Of a stretch of DNA of 64,000 nt, positions 24,119 through 37,358 are shown in pieces (position 1 is the stretch's first letter; each line of letters begins with the position of its first letter). The stretch comes from Camelus ferus. Lineage: Eukaryota. Location: the NCBI RefSeq assembly GCF_009834535.1, contig NC_045707.1, forward strand, positions 53,322,001 through 53,386,000, read 5' to 3'. The translations under genes and the position numbers were made by a program. Under the pieces are notes generated by a model, which saw only the letters and a program-made list of their open reading frames with translations, was not told the origin of the DNA and ran no database searches.

Positions 24119-27100
24119 GTAAGGTGGGCTCCAAAGCAGCCGTCTCCCCACCGCAGCCCAGCCGGGAGCCTGGGCCTCGCAGTCCCAGCAGATGTGACTC
24201 CCAGCCCTCCCTGAGCCTCCTCAGGGGACAGCAGTGGTTTCTTCTTCCTGAGGGTCGGCTGGGTGGAAGGAGAGGGCACACAGCCAGCCAGACGCCTGCT
24301 GGTAACCGGGACAGGACCCTCATTACCTGAGTCACAGTGTGTCCAGGGCTCGTGGGCCCTGGGAGGGGGCTCTCTGGGGAAACTGCGGCAGCGACCCCCG
24401 TCAGGTCCTGGGGTGGGAGCTGGGCCCGGAAGCCAGCCTGTCATGGTCCCTCCTGGAGAGCACAGGGGTGGACACTTGTGCTTGGGTCATTCAAAGTGGC
24501 CAGTGAGGCCACGGGACCTGGTTAGTGAGAAACCAGTAGCATTTACTGCGTGCTTGTCCTGGGGGTGCGTCAGGTGGAGGGGCCTGGTTTCTGGCCTCCT
24601 GGCCTCAGGGACGTAAAGTGCAGAGGGGACAGAGGTGAACGTCCCTCCTCCCTGGCTTCCCCACCTCCTCCTGCTCCCCAGGCTTCTGCCTGGCAGCAGC
24701 CATGAAGTTACCTTCATTGATTAGTTAATTGCCTCTAGGACCACCAGGGTCCCCAGGGAGAGGTGGGAGCCTGTCTGCCCGCTGTCAAAGCTCTAAGAGG
24801 CTGTGTTGCCACCTGAGGCTCGCTGGGCCCCGCCCTCCCCCACCTCCCAGTCCTGTCTCCTCCCGCTCTCCCTGGCTCCCATCTCCCTGCCTCTCAGGCG
24901 GGTGGGCACGCGGGTGTAAACAGAGCTGGACTCCAGCTCCATCTCCGACTTCAGAGCCCACGGCAGCTCATCGTGCTTCTCCCCGTCTGCTCAGAGCAGA
25001 ACTTGGCTGTGAGTCCCCAGCACTCCGCTTTGAGCAAAACTGGCTGGTTCTGTGCAGGCCGCGCTGGCTGCCGTTTGTGTCTTGTTCCCATTGTTCAGCC
25101 TGACGGTGAATAGTCTGTTTTCACTCAGGGATTCAGCTCTTTCCTCCTTCCTTCCATCAAGGTGTTCTGGTGATAATTCCCATTGTCGTCTGGCCCTGCA
25201 GCTCCCTGAAGCAGCACCAGCCTCCCTCTCCCTCCCTCCCCACTCCCCCCCCCCACAGGAGGCCCTCATGCTCACTTCTCCGCCCAGCCCCCCGAGAGAC
25301 CCCTGGGCCCTGGCGCTCTGTGCTATCACTTGGGACCAAGAGCAGAAACTCCCACTGCCCCTTGGGGTCTGGTCAGGCCCTTGTAAGGAGACAGACCTGT
25401 CATGGGTCCAGGCACAGACGTAGGGCGCTCCTCACAGCCTTCATGGCAGGAGAGCTCACCGAGCAGGCAGCTGGCCGCAGAGCCAGGGCCTCCAGTGTCT
25501 CCTGGCAAAGCCTCCCTCCCTTCACTGCCATCACCTGCTCCACGTATGAGCCTCTGCTTGGGACTCTCATAGCTGGGGTGAAGAACAGAGCCCACTGGAC
25601 AAGAGGACAGAGGGGCATGTGTCCACTTGTCAACCAAACGTGCCGGCCTGACCCTGCCCGGGCGCCTGACGCCTGGCGGGAGAGATGGGGACACAAGTCC
25701 AGGGTCATGTGTCTGGAGGACAGTTCCCGAGCATGAAGGGCTTGCGGGTCTCCCGGGGGCAGACAGGGGTCTCGTAAGCACTGCACAGTCACATGGTGTT
25801 TAATGTCTGGTATTTCCAAAGAAGTCTTAAAGCCGCCTTCGTGGGAAAAGCGGGAACTCGTCCTGTGGTGGCACCGCTTGAGCTCTGCATCCTGCGGGTC
25901 TGGGTCCTGGCACCCGGCGGTGATGGGGGCGACCCCGTGGGCGGGGCGGGGGTGTGGCCAGGAGGGGCAGACTCGGCAGCTCCTCCATGGGCGCCCGGTG
26001 CGGGCGAGGGTGCGGGGCGGTGCGCGGACCTCAGGCCACTCTTCCAGGGCTTTCTTTCCTTCAATCCGTGGATGAACGTGGGGAGTTGGAGACCCCTGGG
26101 TGAGACTTCGGTGGGGACGGTGCTGTGACTCCCCCACATGTTCCCTGCCTTGCTCACCCAGGCTTTATACCAGCACCCCCTGCGCCCCCTGCTCAGATGA
26201 GGGCACAGCTCCCGCACCCAGGCACCTGCTCTTTCTCATCTCTCACCCCCAGATGCCTCCAGACAGCCTCCAAGGGGCATGAGCGAGGCCTCCTGGCTCT
26301 CCTGGCGGGTTTGCTGCCCGCGGGGCCGCTGAGGTTTCCCTCCGCGTGCTGGAACGCTGCTTCTGACAGCCTGTCACCTGAAGTGGCCACGCGGTTCAGG
26401 CAGCTCGGTTTTGCTTCCAGGGAATGTTTTGTTGTTCGGATATGTCCGTTCTGGCCTCAGCAAGGAAAGAGGGGGCGTCTCAAGTCCATGGAGGATGCCT
26501 TTACCTTTAAAGAGCCTTGCTGTGATGGGATCGATTCGGTTTAAGACAGCACGAGGCATGAGCACCAAGGCAAGGCTCGCCCTTAGTGGCAGCTTCCGAA
26601 CAGTCCTATTAAACTGCGTTGATTGAAGCCACTCGAAAACCAGTCTTCGTTTCGTTTAGGAGGAGAAAGAATAGTTGCTTCTTGTAAAGCAGCTATAAAA
26701 AGCAAGTTTCATAATTTCTTAGCAGCCTCACTTCAAAAAAGCTGAGCATGTGCGAACAAAAAGACAGAAGGAAGCAGCGCAGCGTCCCCTCTGTCAGCGG
26801 TTCTTTCGAGCTCTCCGTAGGCCTCCGGGGCACTGCCCTCCACGTGGCAGGGAGAGGCTCGGGCATCAGGAGCCCTGGGTGCAGGGCCTTCACAGTTAGG
26901 GGTCCCCGTGTGAGCTCAGCCCTGTGGCGTCAGGAGCCCACGTGTGACTCGTCTCAGAGGTACCGGCACCCGAGCCGCAGTGGGACCCAGGCCCACCATC
27001 GCAGCCCCTGCTCATCCTCATCTCGTGTCCTCCCTCCCCACCCAGCCCTGCAGGGCCCGAGGTGAGCTCCGAGTCAGCAGAGAGCACTGTTAAAACACCC

Positions 27101-27319
27101 CTGGTTGTCCTGACTTCAGCAGGCTCCCCTCCTGCTGGCCTCGCCACGAGACCCTGCCCTGTGGTGTCTTACGCGGCTGAATGTTTAATCATCCTTCCCA
27201 AACGTGGGATTCTCTTCTTTGTGAATTCACCCAGCATTGATCCCAAACTGTGTTCTGATCGGGGGACAGATATAGTGGAGACGGAGCACATGGATTCAGA
27301 GACTGGGCTCTAGGGTGAG

Positions 27320-27470
27320 ACAAGGATTCCAATTGTGACACCTTTACTTTTGTACGGTGACTTTGGGACATGTGTTTCACCTTTGAGTCCTTTTTTTTTT
27401 TTTTTTTTTTTTTTTTTTGACTGTAAAATGGGGTTGACAGTAGGACTCAATGGGCAAAGGCGTTTAGGGA
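27320..27470. mobile_element. MIR fragment interrupted by a T28 run
   Basis: ggtgactttgggaca..tttcacctttgagtcc[T28]gactgtaaaatggggttgacagtag matches the MIR core with a poly-T expansion at 27391-27418. Confidence 0.6.
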
Positions 27471-28849
27471 ACCGACCTCGAAACAGACACTCAGCCGGCT
27501 CTCGCTTCCGCCCTCGCTGGCTCCCTGTTCTGTCAGGTGCACCTCGCTTCTTGTGTTGGCCCAGGGCGCTCCCGGGAGGGTGGGCCTCCACAGACACTCG
27601 CTTTGTGGAGCCGAGATTGCGGGCAGTCCCCTGTCCCCGATCACCCTGGGCCACACCTTGGAGGGGCTGCCGGGGGGTGTGGAGCCTCCTCAGCTACTAC
27701 GTCAAGGCTGCTGTGCCCATCGCTGGGCATCCGAGGCCCACCATGTGCCCTCTGTCCTGAGGGGCAGTCAGGATGCTCTCAGGGTGAGAAGACTCAGATC
27801 TTGCACCAGGGACCAAACAGGTGAGCCTGGGGGAGTGGGCGGCTCCGACTCACCTCTCCTTCCCCAGTGCTGTGTTCTGCTCGGGCTGTTCGGCTCCCGG
27901 ACTGCCTTACAGCTGGGCAGCAGCTGCAGGCTCCGAGGGCGCGGCTTCCCCAAGGGGACCAGCTTTCTGAAACACGGCAGCAAGTCAGAGGCCTGACGGG
28001 AATCCGGTGTTGCTTTCCTGGTTCTGGTCAGTGGCGGGAGAAGTCGTGACTGTTTCCAGGGCATGCGGGATCTTATGCCGTAGTTCTGAGGTGCCGCCTG
28101 GCGCTCAGTGGTCCTCGCTGAGGTGGCATCAGAGCAGTGGGGAAGGAGGGAGGTCAGTCACCTGCCTGTGTGCGGGGACTGGTGGCCCCCTGCACAGCCC
28201 AGCCTCCCCCACCCACATCCTCCAGCCCCGGCCGTGGACCCAGAACTGCTTTGTTGATATCTGAGCCGGATCAGGCACCTGCCACCAGGTGCCCCCAAAT
28301 GCAGCTGGGACGGCCTGGATTTTCAGGTGAGGGGCAGGCGGGCTGTGCAGGCCCCACCTGCTGATGTCCTGGCCTCGCAGCAGAACTTTAACACGACTGC
28401 CCCGTGCTAGGCTGTGCCAGACTCATGGGGTTGGATGAGGCCCCTGTGTTGTGAGTGGGCACCGAGCTCTCCCTGGGGAGGGACGTTTGCCTCCTCTGCC
28501 AGCCCCTGGGGAGTGTCGAGGGGATGCCCCTGAACTGGGTGAGGAGCAGGTTGGCTGCGTGTGGCCCTTGGAAGACCAGCTCCCCCGCTTAAGTGATGGG
28601 GCTCTTTAGGGGGCAGCTCTCCCTTCTGTGGAGCTGCGTCTGCTGCTCAGGACCTGGGGGCCCAGAGTGGAGGCCCCCAAACCTCCCCGCATGCAGGCTC
28701 CACGCCCCACTTCTCCAGTTTTCTGTGCTCAATTTCAGACTCTTCACTTCATGTTGGCTTCCTCAGGATGTGATGTCCCTTTTAGAGGTGTGTCAGGACC
28801 ACAGGCAGGACTCAGGGCGCGCCATGGCTTGTCCACACTGGAAAAATTG

Positions 28850-29180
28850 TTACTTTTAAAAAAGAGCTTTTTATCTAAGTACAGCACAATATACCGACCA
28901 GTCCACTAGTCAGAATGATGCAGCTTGGTGGTTGGAAAGAAAATGTCCTCAAATCACTACCCAGCGGAGGAGTGGTGGGTGCCGGGACCCCCAGCCCTCC
29001 ACCTTCCCTCTGGGTCTTCCGGCACCGTGGAGAGCGAGTCTGCTCTTGAACATCAGGTGAACAGAATATGCAGGATGTACCTCCGTGTCCAGCTTTGTTT
29101 TCTCCGCACGTTGTGTGTGTGAGCTGCACCTATGTTGTGTGAGTGCTGCAGTCTGTTCATGTCCATCGCTCTGTGGCACT
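28850..29180 (-). mobile_element. Very old L1 (L1ME-like) 3' UTR fragment, antisense
   Basis: ttgaacatcaggtgaacagaatatgcaggatgtacctc..tgtccagcttt..ctatgttgtgtgagtgctgcagtctgttcat is a degenerate L1 3' UTR; it appears to continue at ~34870. Confidence 0.5.
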
Positions 29181-29187
29181 TTCAGCC

Positions 29188-32100
29188 ATTTTTCAAATTG
29201 ACTTAATTTGTAGAGCAGTTTCAGGTTCATGCCTGAACTGAGCAGAAGGTACAAAGATTTTCCATACACCCTGCCCCGGCGTGCACAGCCTGCCCCGCCG
29301 TCAGCATCCCCAGCGGATGGAGCATTTGTTGCCGCTGATAAACCCATGTTGACATGTAATCACCACCCAAAGCACGTAGTTTACATTACTGTTCACTCTG
29401 GGTGTTGTCTATCCTACGGGTTTGGACGAATGTGTAACGACACGTACGCACCATTCTAGAGTATCATACAGATGGTTTCATGCCCTAAAACTCTGTGCGC
29501 CACCTAATCCTGCCTCCCTCCCCACAGCCCCTAGCGATCACTGATGCTTTCCCTGTGTCCCCACAGTTTTGCCTTTTTCAGAACGTCATTTTGTTGGGAT
29601 CGTACAGTAAGTAGTCTTTTCAGATTGGCTTCTTTCACTTAGTCATGTGCATTAAGGTTCCTCCATGTGTTTTCATGACTTGATAGCTCATTTCCTTTTA
29701 GCACTGAGTAACATTCCATTGTCTGGATGGACCACAGTTTATTTAGCCATTCACCTACCAAAGGACAACTTTGTTGCTTCCAAGATTAGTTGCTGTGAAC
29801 CCCCACGTGCAGGTTTTCATGTGGACATGTTTTCAGCTCGTTCCAGTAAATACCAGGGAGTGTGACTGCTGGATTGCATGGCAAAAGTACATTTAGTTTT
29901 GTAAGAAACCGCCGAATTTTCTTCCAAGGTGGCCGTGCCATTTCACTTTTCCACCAGCAGTGACGAGAGTTCCTGTTGCTCCACATCCTCACCAGCGCCT
30001 GGTGTTGTCAGGGTTTGGGTCTTGTCCATTCTAATAAGGTGTGTAGTGGTGTCTCGTTGTTTTAGTTTGCACCTCCCTGGTGACATATGATGTGGAGTAT
30101 TTGCCATCTGTGTGTCTCCTTTAGTGAGGTGTGTGTTAAGGTCTTTGGCCCATTTTAAAGTTCAACTGTTTATTTTCTTATTGTTGAATTTTAAAGAGTT
30201 GCTTGTATATTTTGGGTAACAGTCCTTCATCAGATATGTCTTTTGCAAATATTTCACCAGTCCATGGCTTGTCTTTTCATTCTCTTCACAGTGTCTTTCA
30301 CAGAGCAGGAATTTTTAATTTTAATGAAGTCCAGCTTATCAATTCTTTTTTTCATGGACCAGCCTTTGATGTTGTATTCAGAAGTCATCACCAAACCCAA
30401 GGGCATCTGGATTTTCTCCTGTCGTCTTCTAAGAGTTTTACAGTTTTGCATTTTACACTTAGAGCTGTGGTCCATTGTAATTTTTGTGAAAGATGTAAGG
30501 TCTGTGTCTAGATTCTTTTTTTTTTTCCCATGTGGTTGTCCAGTTGTTCTGGCACCATTTGTTGAGGAGCCTCTTTGCTCATTGTAGTGCCTTCGCTCCT
30601 TCATCAAAGACAAGTGGACCACATTTATGTGGGTCGGTTTCTAGGCTCTCCATTCTGTTCCATTGATCTATTTTTATATTCTATCACAGTCCCACACTGT
30701 CTTCAGCACTGTAGCTTTACAGTAAGTCTCGAAGTCAGACAGTGCCAGTCTTTGTTCTTTTCTTTGAGTGTTGAGTTGGCTCTCCTGATCTTTCGCCTCT
30801 CCAGATACAGTTCAGAGTCAGTTTGTCAGTATCCACAAAAAAGCTTGCTGAGACTTTGATTGGGATTGCACCGAATCTAGAAGTTGAGAAAAACTGACCT
30901 TGTGACAATATCGAGCCCTCCTACCCGTGAACATTGAACATCTGTTTATTTAGTTCATATTCGATTTTGTTCATCTGAGTTTTGTAACTTTCCTCATAAA
31001 GGCCTTGTACTATTTTGTTAGATTTATACCTAAATCTAGAGATAATCTAGGTGTGTGTTTCATGTTTTCAGGTGCTAATGTGAATGGTATTGTACCTTTA
31101 ATGTCAAATTCCACTTGTTCATTGCTAGTGTATAGAAAAGTATTTAATTTTTGTGTATTAATCTATATCCTGAAACCTTGCTATAATTGCTTATTGGTTG
31201 TAGTTTTCTGTTGATTCTTTCAGATATTCCACACAGACAATCATGTCATCTGCAAACAAAGACAGTTTTATTTATTTCTTCCCAATCTGTATACCTTTTG
31301 TTTCCTTTTCTTGCCTTATTGCATTAGCTAGGACTTTGACTATAATATTGAAAGGCTTTGGTTGAAGAGGACATCCTTGCCTTGTTTTTGGTCTTAGGAA
31401 AAGCTTCACATTTCTCACCATTAAGAATGATGTTAGCTGAAGGGTTTTGTAAATGTTCTTTTTCAAATTGAGGAAGTTTCACTCTATTTCTAATTTACTA
31501 ACTACTATTTCTAATTTAAAAATCATGAATTGGTGTTTGATTTTTGTCATGCTTTTTCTGCATCTATTAATGTAAGGATGTGATTTTTCTTCTTTAGCCC
31601 ATTGATGTGATGGATTACATTCACTGATTTTTTTAAACATTTTTTTATTGAGTTATAGTCATTTTACAATGTTGTGTCAAATTCCAGTGTAGAGCACAAT
31701 TTTTCAGTTATACATGAACATACGTATATTCGTTGTCACATCTTTTTTCGCTGTGAGCTATTCATTGATTTTTTTAATGTTAAACAAGCTTTGCATACCT
31801 GGAATAAACCCTAGTTGGTCATGCTGTGTAATTCTTTTTATATTTTGTTGGATTCAACTTGCTAATATTTTGTTGAGGATTTTTGCGATTAGGTTTGCGA
31901 GAGACATTGCAGTCTTCTTTGCCTACTGTGTCTTTGTCTAGTTTGTATTAGTATATTGCTGGCCTCGGAATGAGTTAGGAAGTAGTCCCTATGCTTCTCT
32001 CTTTTGAAAGAAAGTGTTAGAGAATTTGGTATAATTTCTTCCTTAAATGTTTGGTAGAGTGCACAAGTGAACCCATCTAGGTCTGGTGCTTTTTTACTTT

Positions 32101-34630
32101 GGAAGTTTATTAATTATTGATTCAATTTGTTTAACAGATAGAGGCCTATTCAGATTGTCTGTTTCTTCTTGTGTGAGTTTTGACAGATTGTGTTCTTAAA
32201 GGAACTGGTTCATTTTATTTATCCAATTTGTGGGCATAGAATTGTTCGTAATATTTCTTTATTATCCTTTTAATGCCCATGGGATCTGTGGTAATGTCCC
32301 CTCTTTCATTACTGATATTAGTAATTTGTGCTGCCTGTCTTTTTTCTTGTTTATCTTGGTTAGAAGCTAATCAGTTTTATTGATCTTTTGATCTTAGTTT
32401 TGTTGATTTTTAAAAATTGATTCTATGTTTTCAACTTCATTGATTTCTGCTTTAATTTTTATTATGTCTTTTCTTCTACTTACTTTGGATTTAATTTGCT
32501 CTTCTCTTTTAATTTCCTAAGGTGGAAGCTTGGATTATTGATTTTAGGTTTTCTTCTTTTCTGATTTACATATTCAAAGTTATAAATTTACCCTTAAGCA
32601 CTACTTGCACTGCAGCCCACAAAGTTTAACAAATTGTGTTTTTATTTTCATTTATTTTAAAATATTTAAAATTTTCTCTTGATACTTCTTATTTGAACTG
32701 AATATAATTAGAATTGTGTTAATTTCCAAGCCTTTTGAAATTTTCTAAGTATCTTTCTGATATTGATTCCTAGTTTAATTCCATTGTGGTCTGAGAGTAG
32801 ACCTTGTATGGTTTCTGTCTTTTAACTTTGTTAAGGTGTGTTTCATGGCCCAAAATGTGAACTGTCTTGGTGAGTGTTCATGTGAGCTTGAATAGGATGA
32901 GTGTTTTGCTATTACTGGTAGTGCTGAGTTCAACTATGTCTTTACTGATTTTCTGCCTGCTGGATGTGTCCATGCCTGACAGTGGGGCACTAACGTCTCC
33001 AATCTTTAATAGTAGATTCATCTGTTTCTCCTTGTAGTTCTATCAGTTTTTGCTTCACGTATTTTGACACTCTGTTGTTGGATGCATACATGTTAAGACT
33101 TGTTATCTTCTTGGAGAATTGACACCTTCATCATTATGTAATGCTCTTCTTTATCCCTGAACTTTCCTTGTTTTGAAGTCTGCTTTATCTGAAATTAATA
33201 TAGCTACTCCTACTTTCTTCTGAGTAGTGTTAACATAGTGTATCTTGCTTTATATCTTTACTTTTAATTTATGTGTCTCTTTATATTTAAAGTGGGTTTT
33301 TTGTAGAAAACATACAGTTGAGTTTGGTTTTTTGATCCACCTTTACAATCTCTGTCTTTCAATTTGTGCATTTAGACTGTTGCTATTCAAAGTGATTATT
33401 GATATTGTTGGATTAATATTTACCACATTTGTTTCTGTTTTCTATTTTGTTCTTGATTTTTGTTCCTGTTTTTGTTTTCCACTTTTTTTTTTTGCCTTTT
33501 TCAGTTTTAATTGAGCAATTTATATGATTGCATTTTCTCTCCTGTCTTAGCATATCAGTTGTACCTTTAAAAAATTTTTTTATTGGTTGCCCTAGAGATT
33601 GCTATATATATTTATAACTAATTTAAGTCCACTTTCAAATAACACTATACTGTTTCACAGGTAGTGTGGGTACCTTATAATAACAACATAATCCTAATTC
33701 CTTCCTCCTGTCCACTGTGTCATTGTTGTTCATTTAATTTACATATAAACATGTGTAAGTGTATATATACACAAACTATATATGTGAGATACATACATGA
33801 TATGTACATCAGCGTATGTAATCAGGTACATTGTTGCTATTACTATTTTGAACAAATTATTATCTTGCTAACTCAATTAAGAATAAGGAAAATAAGTTCT
33901 TACTTTACCTTCACTTATTCCTTTGCCAGTATTCTTTCTTTATGTAGATTCAAGGTTCTGACCTGTATAAACTTTTCTTCTCTCTAAGGAACTTCTTTTA
34001 ACATTTCTTGCAAAGCAAGTCTACTGGCAACAAATTCCCTCAGTTTTTGTTTGTCTCAGAAATTCTTTATTCCTCCCTCACTGTTGAAGGATAATTTTGC
34101 AGGGTGTAAAATTCTCAGTCATTATTCTGTCAAATATTTCTTTAGTTCCTTTTTTTCTTTCTTCTCCTGCCTATGTTCCCATTATGTGTATATAACACCT
34201 TCGGTAGTTATCCCACAGTTCTTGGATATCCTGTTCTTTTCTGGATTTTTGTTTATTTATTTTTCAGTCTTTGTTCTCTTTGCAGTTTTGGAGGTTTCTG
34301 TTAAGATATCCTTAGGCACAGAGATTCTTTCCTCGGCCGTGTTAAATCTGCCAGTAAGCCTATCAGAGGCACTCTGTTTTTGTTACAGAGCTTTTGATCT
34401 CTAGCATTTCTTTTTGGTTCTTTCTTGGACTTACCATCTCCCAGTTTACACTGCCCATCTGTTCTCGCATGCTGTCTACTTAATCCATTAGAGCCCTTAA
34501 CAGATTAATCATAGCTGGTTTAAATTCCCTGTGTGATAATTCCAGCACTCCTGCCGTATCTGAGTCTGATTCTGATGCTTGCTCTGTCTCTGCAAACTGT
34601 CTGTTGCCTTTTAGGACATCTAGTCATTTG
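29188..34630 (-). mobile_element. Long decayed L1 (L1MC1-like), antisense: 3' UTR, ORF2 and ORF1 remnants
   Basis: The 3' end reads ttgtagagcagtttcaggttca...agatttccatacacc. ORF2 C-terminal peptide IDKLDFIKIKNSCSVKDTVKRMKRQAMDW (30254-30622 -). RT-region peptide [36 protein letters not shown] (31272-31466 -). ORF2 N-terminus VNINPTISIITLN near 33380-33425. AT-rich with many stops and frameshifts. Confidence 0.92.
31637..31759 (-). mobile_element. Short, younger 5'-truncated L1 3' tail nested in the older L1
   Basis: Flanked by an 18-bp direct repeat attca(c/t)tgatttttttaa at 31619-31636 and 31760-31777. The body ttttttattgagttatagtcattttacaatgttgtgtcaaattccagtgtagagcac is an antisense L1 3' terminus with AATAAA and an A-rich tail. 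Confidence 0.85.
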
Positions 34631-34869
34631 TTCTGGTGGTTGGACAGGAGGAAGCAGGTAAGAGGAGCTGCTATAAGTAGGCCTTCAGAGACGCCGCGGT
34701 GAGGGGTGGGCGGGGAGACGTGCTCTGCAGCCTGTGACCCTGTTGTTAGAGCTCGGTCTTCCAAGGAGCTGCACCTCCAGGCAATGAGCTCCACCTGTTC
34801 ATCTCCGCACCCCCTCCTCCATGGCTGGGACAGGGTGGCAGGGGTGGGCTGCAGGGGGCATGGCACTGG

Positions 34870-35900
34870 TGGACTCACCACCATTTATCTAATTAACCCT
34901 CTGGCTGTGCGGTTGTCTCCAGTTTCTCTCTAGTTGAACAAACACTGTAATGAACACATCCAGAGCTAAACCTTCTTGCATGTCTTTGATCTTTTTAGGA
35001 TAGAGTCTCTAGGAGTGTTTTTGTCAGCTCAGCGGGTGTGAGGGCTCTCGTGTTTGATAGGACTGCCAAACTGCCACCAGAAACTTACCTCCCCACCAGA
35101 AGTGGGGACCACGCTGTGAGCTGGCTTGTGTTCATCCCTGCTAATCTGATAGACACCGAAGAACAAGGAGAAAATGAATCTTCTTGTCTAAAATTGTATT
35201 TTTTTAATATTAGTCAGGAATCACATTTTTAAGTGTATTTAACTGCAGGCTGCTTTTCTTCCTTTTTGTGAGTTGCCTGATTTTTCCGCTTGGCCTGTTT
35301 CTCTTTTAAGGTCTTTTCTCTTTTTCCTGCTGTGTCTCTAAGTCCTTATGTAGTGAGGATATTAGGTATTTGTCTCCAGTGTGTCCTGCAAGTATTTTTC
35401 TAGAGTGTTTGCCTTTCTGTTTTGTTCTTGCTGTTTTTAACTAGAGAATTTCATTTTTCTGTAACCAAATCTTTGTTATTTACTTCTTAAGACCGTCCTC
35501 AGCTCAAGATTAAATACCTATTCGTATTTTTTTTTGGACATTCAACTTTTTTCTCCTAACATTTAAATCTTTAATACTTACGGAATTAATTTTGGACTTA
35601 ATACAGTGAATTAGAGAACTAACTTTATTTTTTTAATGATTAGCCAATTTTAATCACATTTTATAACTGATTATTGCTGGTTGATGGGAAAACCAATGAT
35701 TTTCATGTATTTATTTTAAAATTAGAAGCCTTTCTCAAATTCTTACTTATTCTCATTTTTAGTTGCTATTGTTTTTCTAGGCAGAAAATTGTATGATGTT
35801 TTTTCCAATATTCATACTTCCTAGTTTCTTTCATTTATTTGACTCTAATTTCTAGACCAGTCTCAAATAATAGTGTGGATATTATAGTATTTTATCTTTT
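34870..35900 (-). mobile_element. Very old L1 (L1ME-like) fragments, antisense
   Basis: ggttgtctccagttt..ctgtaatgaaca..gatagagtctctaggagtg..gatag gactgccaaactgc in an AT-rich block. Confidence 0.5.
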
Positions 35901-37262
35901 ACCAAAATTAATCTGGTATTTTTCTTTTTACTTTACAGAATTAAATGTCTTTTTTGTTTTATTTTTCTCTTGCCTTCAATTATTTGTCCCTCTGCACTGT
36001 TGGCAAAGTCTCGGGGGTCACCCTTGGACTGAGTCTGAGTGGAGTTCACCACGGGCACAGGGCTCTCTTGGTTGGGAACTTGGTATGAGATAAGCAAGGT
36101 GCAGGGTTACGGGGCCGTCTCTGTCCATCCCTCCTCAAGCCTGCTGGCCACTCTGGCCCTTGAGGTCACCAGGAAGCCCTCCCGCCCTCCTGGCCAAGAC
36201 TGACTACAAGGAGCCCTAGCGGGTGTCGTCCTGCAGCCGAGCGCCAGCCACCCTGTAATGTGTCGTGTGCATAGTATCAATAGGAAAAAGAAATGTTCTA
36301 CTCATCAGCTGTATGTTTAAGCTGGGACCTTGGGGGTGAGGACGGAGAGCGAGGGTGCTCTTGCCCTGCACTGCTCCCTGCTCTCCCAGGAGGGGTGGCA
36401 GGGCCGTGGGGAAGCTCCCAGGACAGAGCCGCAGCCGGGCCTCTCCCTCCTCGCTCTGGGAGCCTCGTTCCACCTCGCCCAGAGCCACGCCCTGAGCCAC
36501 GCAGCTTCTCTGACAGTGTTGGCAGGTCCGTCGGCCTGAAACGTCCCTCTGACCTTGAGAGAGGCCCGTGTTCCCACATGACTTCTGCACACTAAGGTGG
36601 TGAAAGCCCCTGGGGAAGCAGGTGGTGCCCTCAGGTCTGGTCGGCCCCTGCGTGTGCTTCAGCCCAGGTGGGCCCTGAGTCCTGGCAGAGCCCTGGGCGG
36701 GTGTCCACTGCACCCTATGTGCCCCACATGGTCCCCCCTTCACTGCTGCCCGCCAGCGCTTCCCTCTTTATCCTCCCTCCATGCTCACGGTCTGTCCCTG
36801 TGGCCCTTGGCCCCGTGGCACCTGGCCGTGTCCCCCTCCCAGCCGCCTGGCATCCTGACTCTGTCCTTGGTGCTGTCTGGCATGATGGGGACTTGAGAGC
36901 GTTATTCAGAGCTCCGTGTTCCCATGACTCCAAATAAATGGAGTTGGACTGGGTCATATTTTGTGCTTTGATGGAGCCAGAAACTTAGAAACCTTGGTTG
37001 AATTTATATTTACTGAAAACAGCTTTATTCATAAATAAATATTAGGAACATGAATTTAAAATACTAACTGTATTGTAAACTGCCACACACTTCCACTGGA
37101 GGGTGTCTGCTGCGGGAGACGCGGGGTGAGGACGCGGGTAGACGGTTTTCACGTCCGATCTCAGGATCAGTATCGCTTAGAATCTTTCCTTCAAGGCTAC
37201 TAACAAACCTCTTGGTTCTGTTTTTGTACCTGTGTGTGTGTGTCTACTCGGCCCCGTTCCAG

Positions 37263-37358
37263 GATGAAGTCCTGACTGTGATCAGAAGAGTGGATGACAA
37301 CTGGGCGGAGGGGATGCTGGGGGACAAGATTGGGATCTTCCCCCTGCTGTACGTGGAG
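37263..37358 (+). CDS. SH3RF3: SH3RF3 internal coding exon (exon 3): C-terminal half of SH3-2
   Basis: ccgttccag|GAT ... GAG|gtgagt; 96 nt, phase 0/0. [32 protein letters not shown] completes the SH3 begun in the previous exon (conserved W, G-I-F-P-x-x-Y). Confidence 0.97.
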
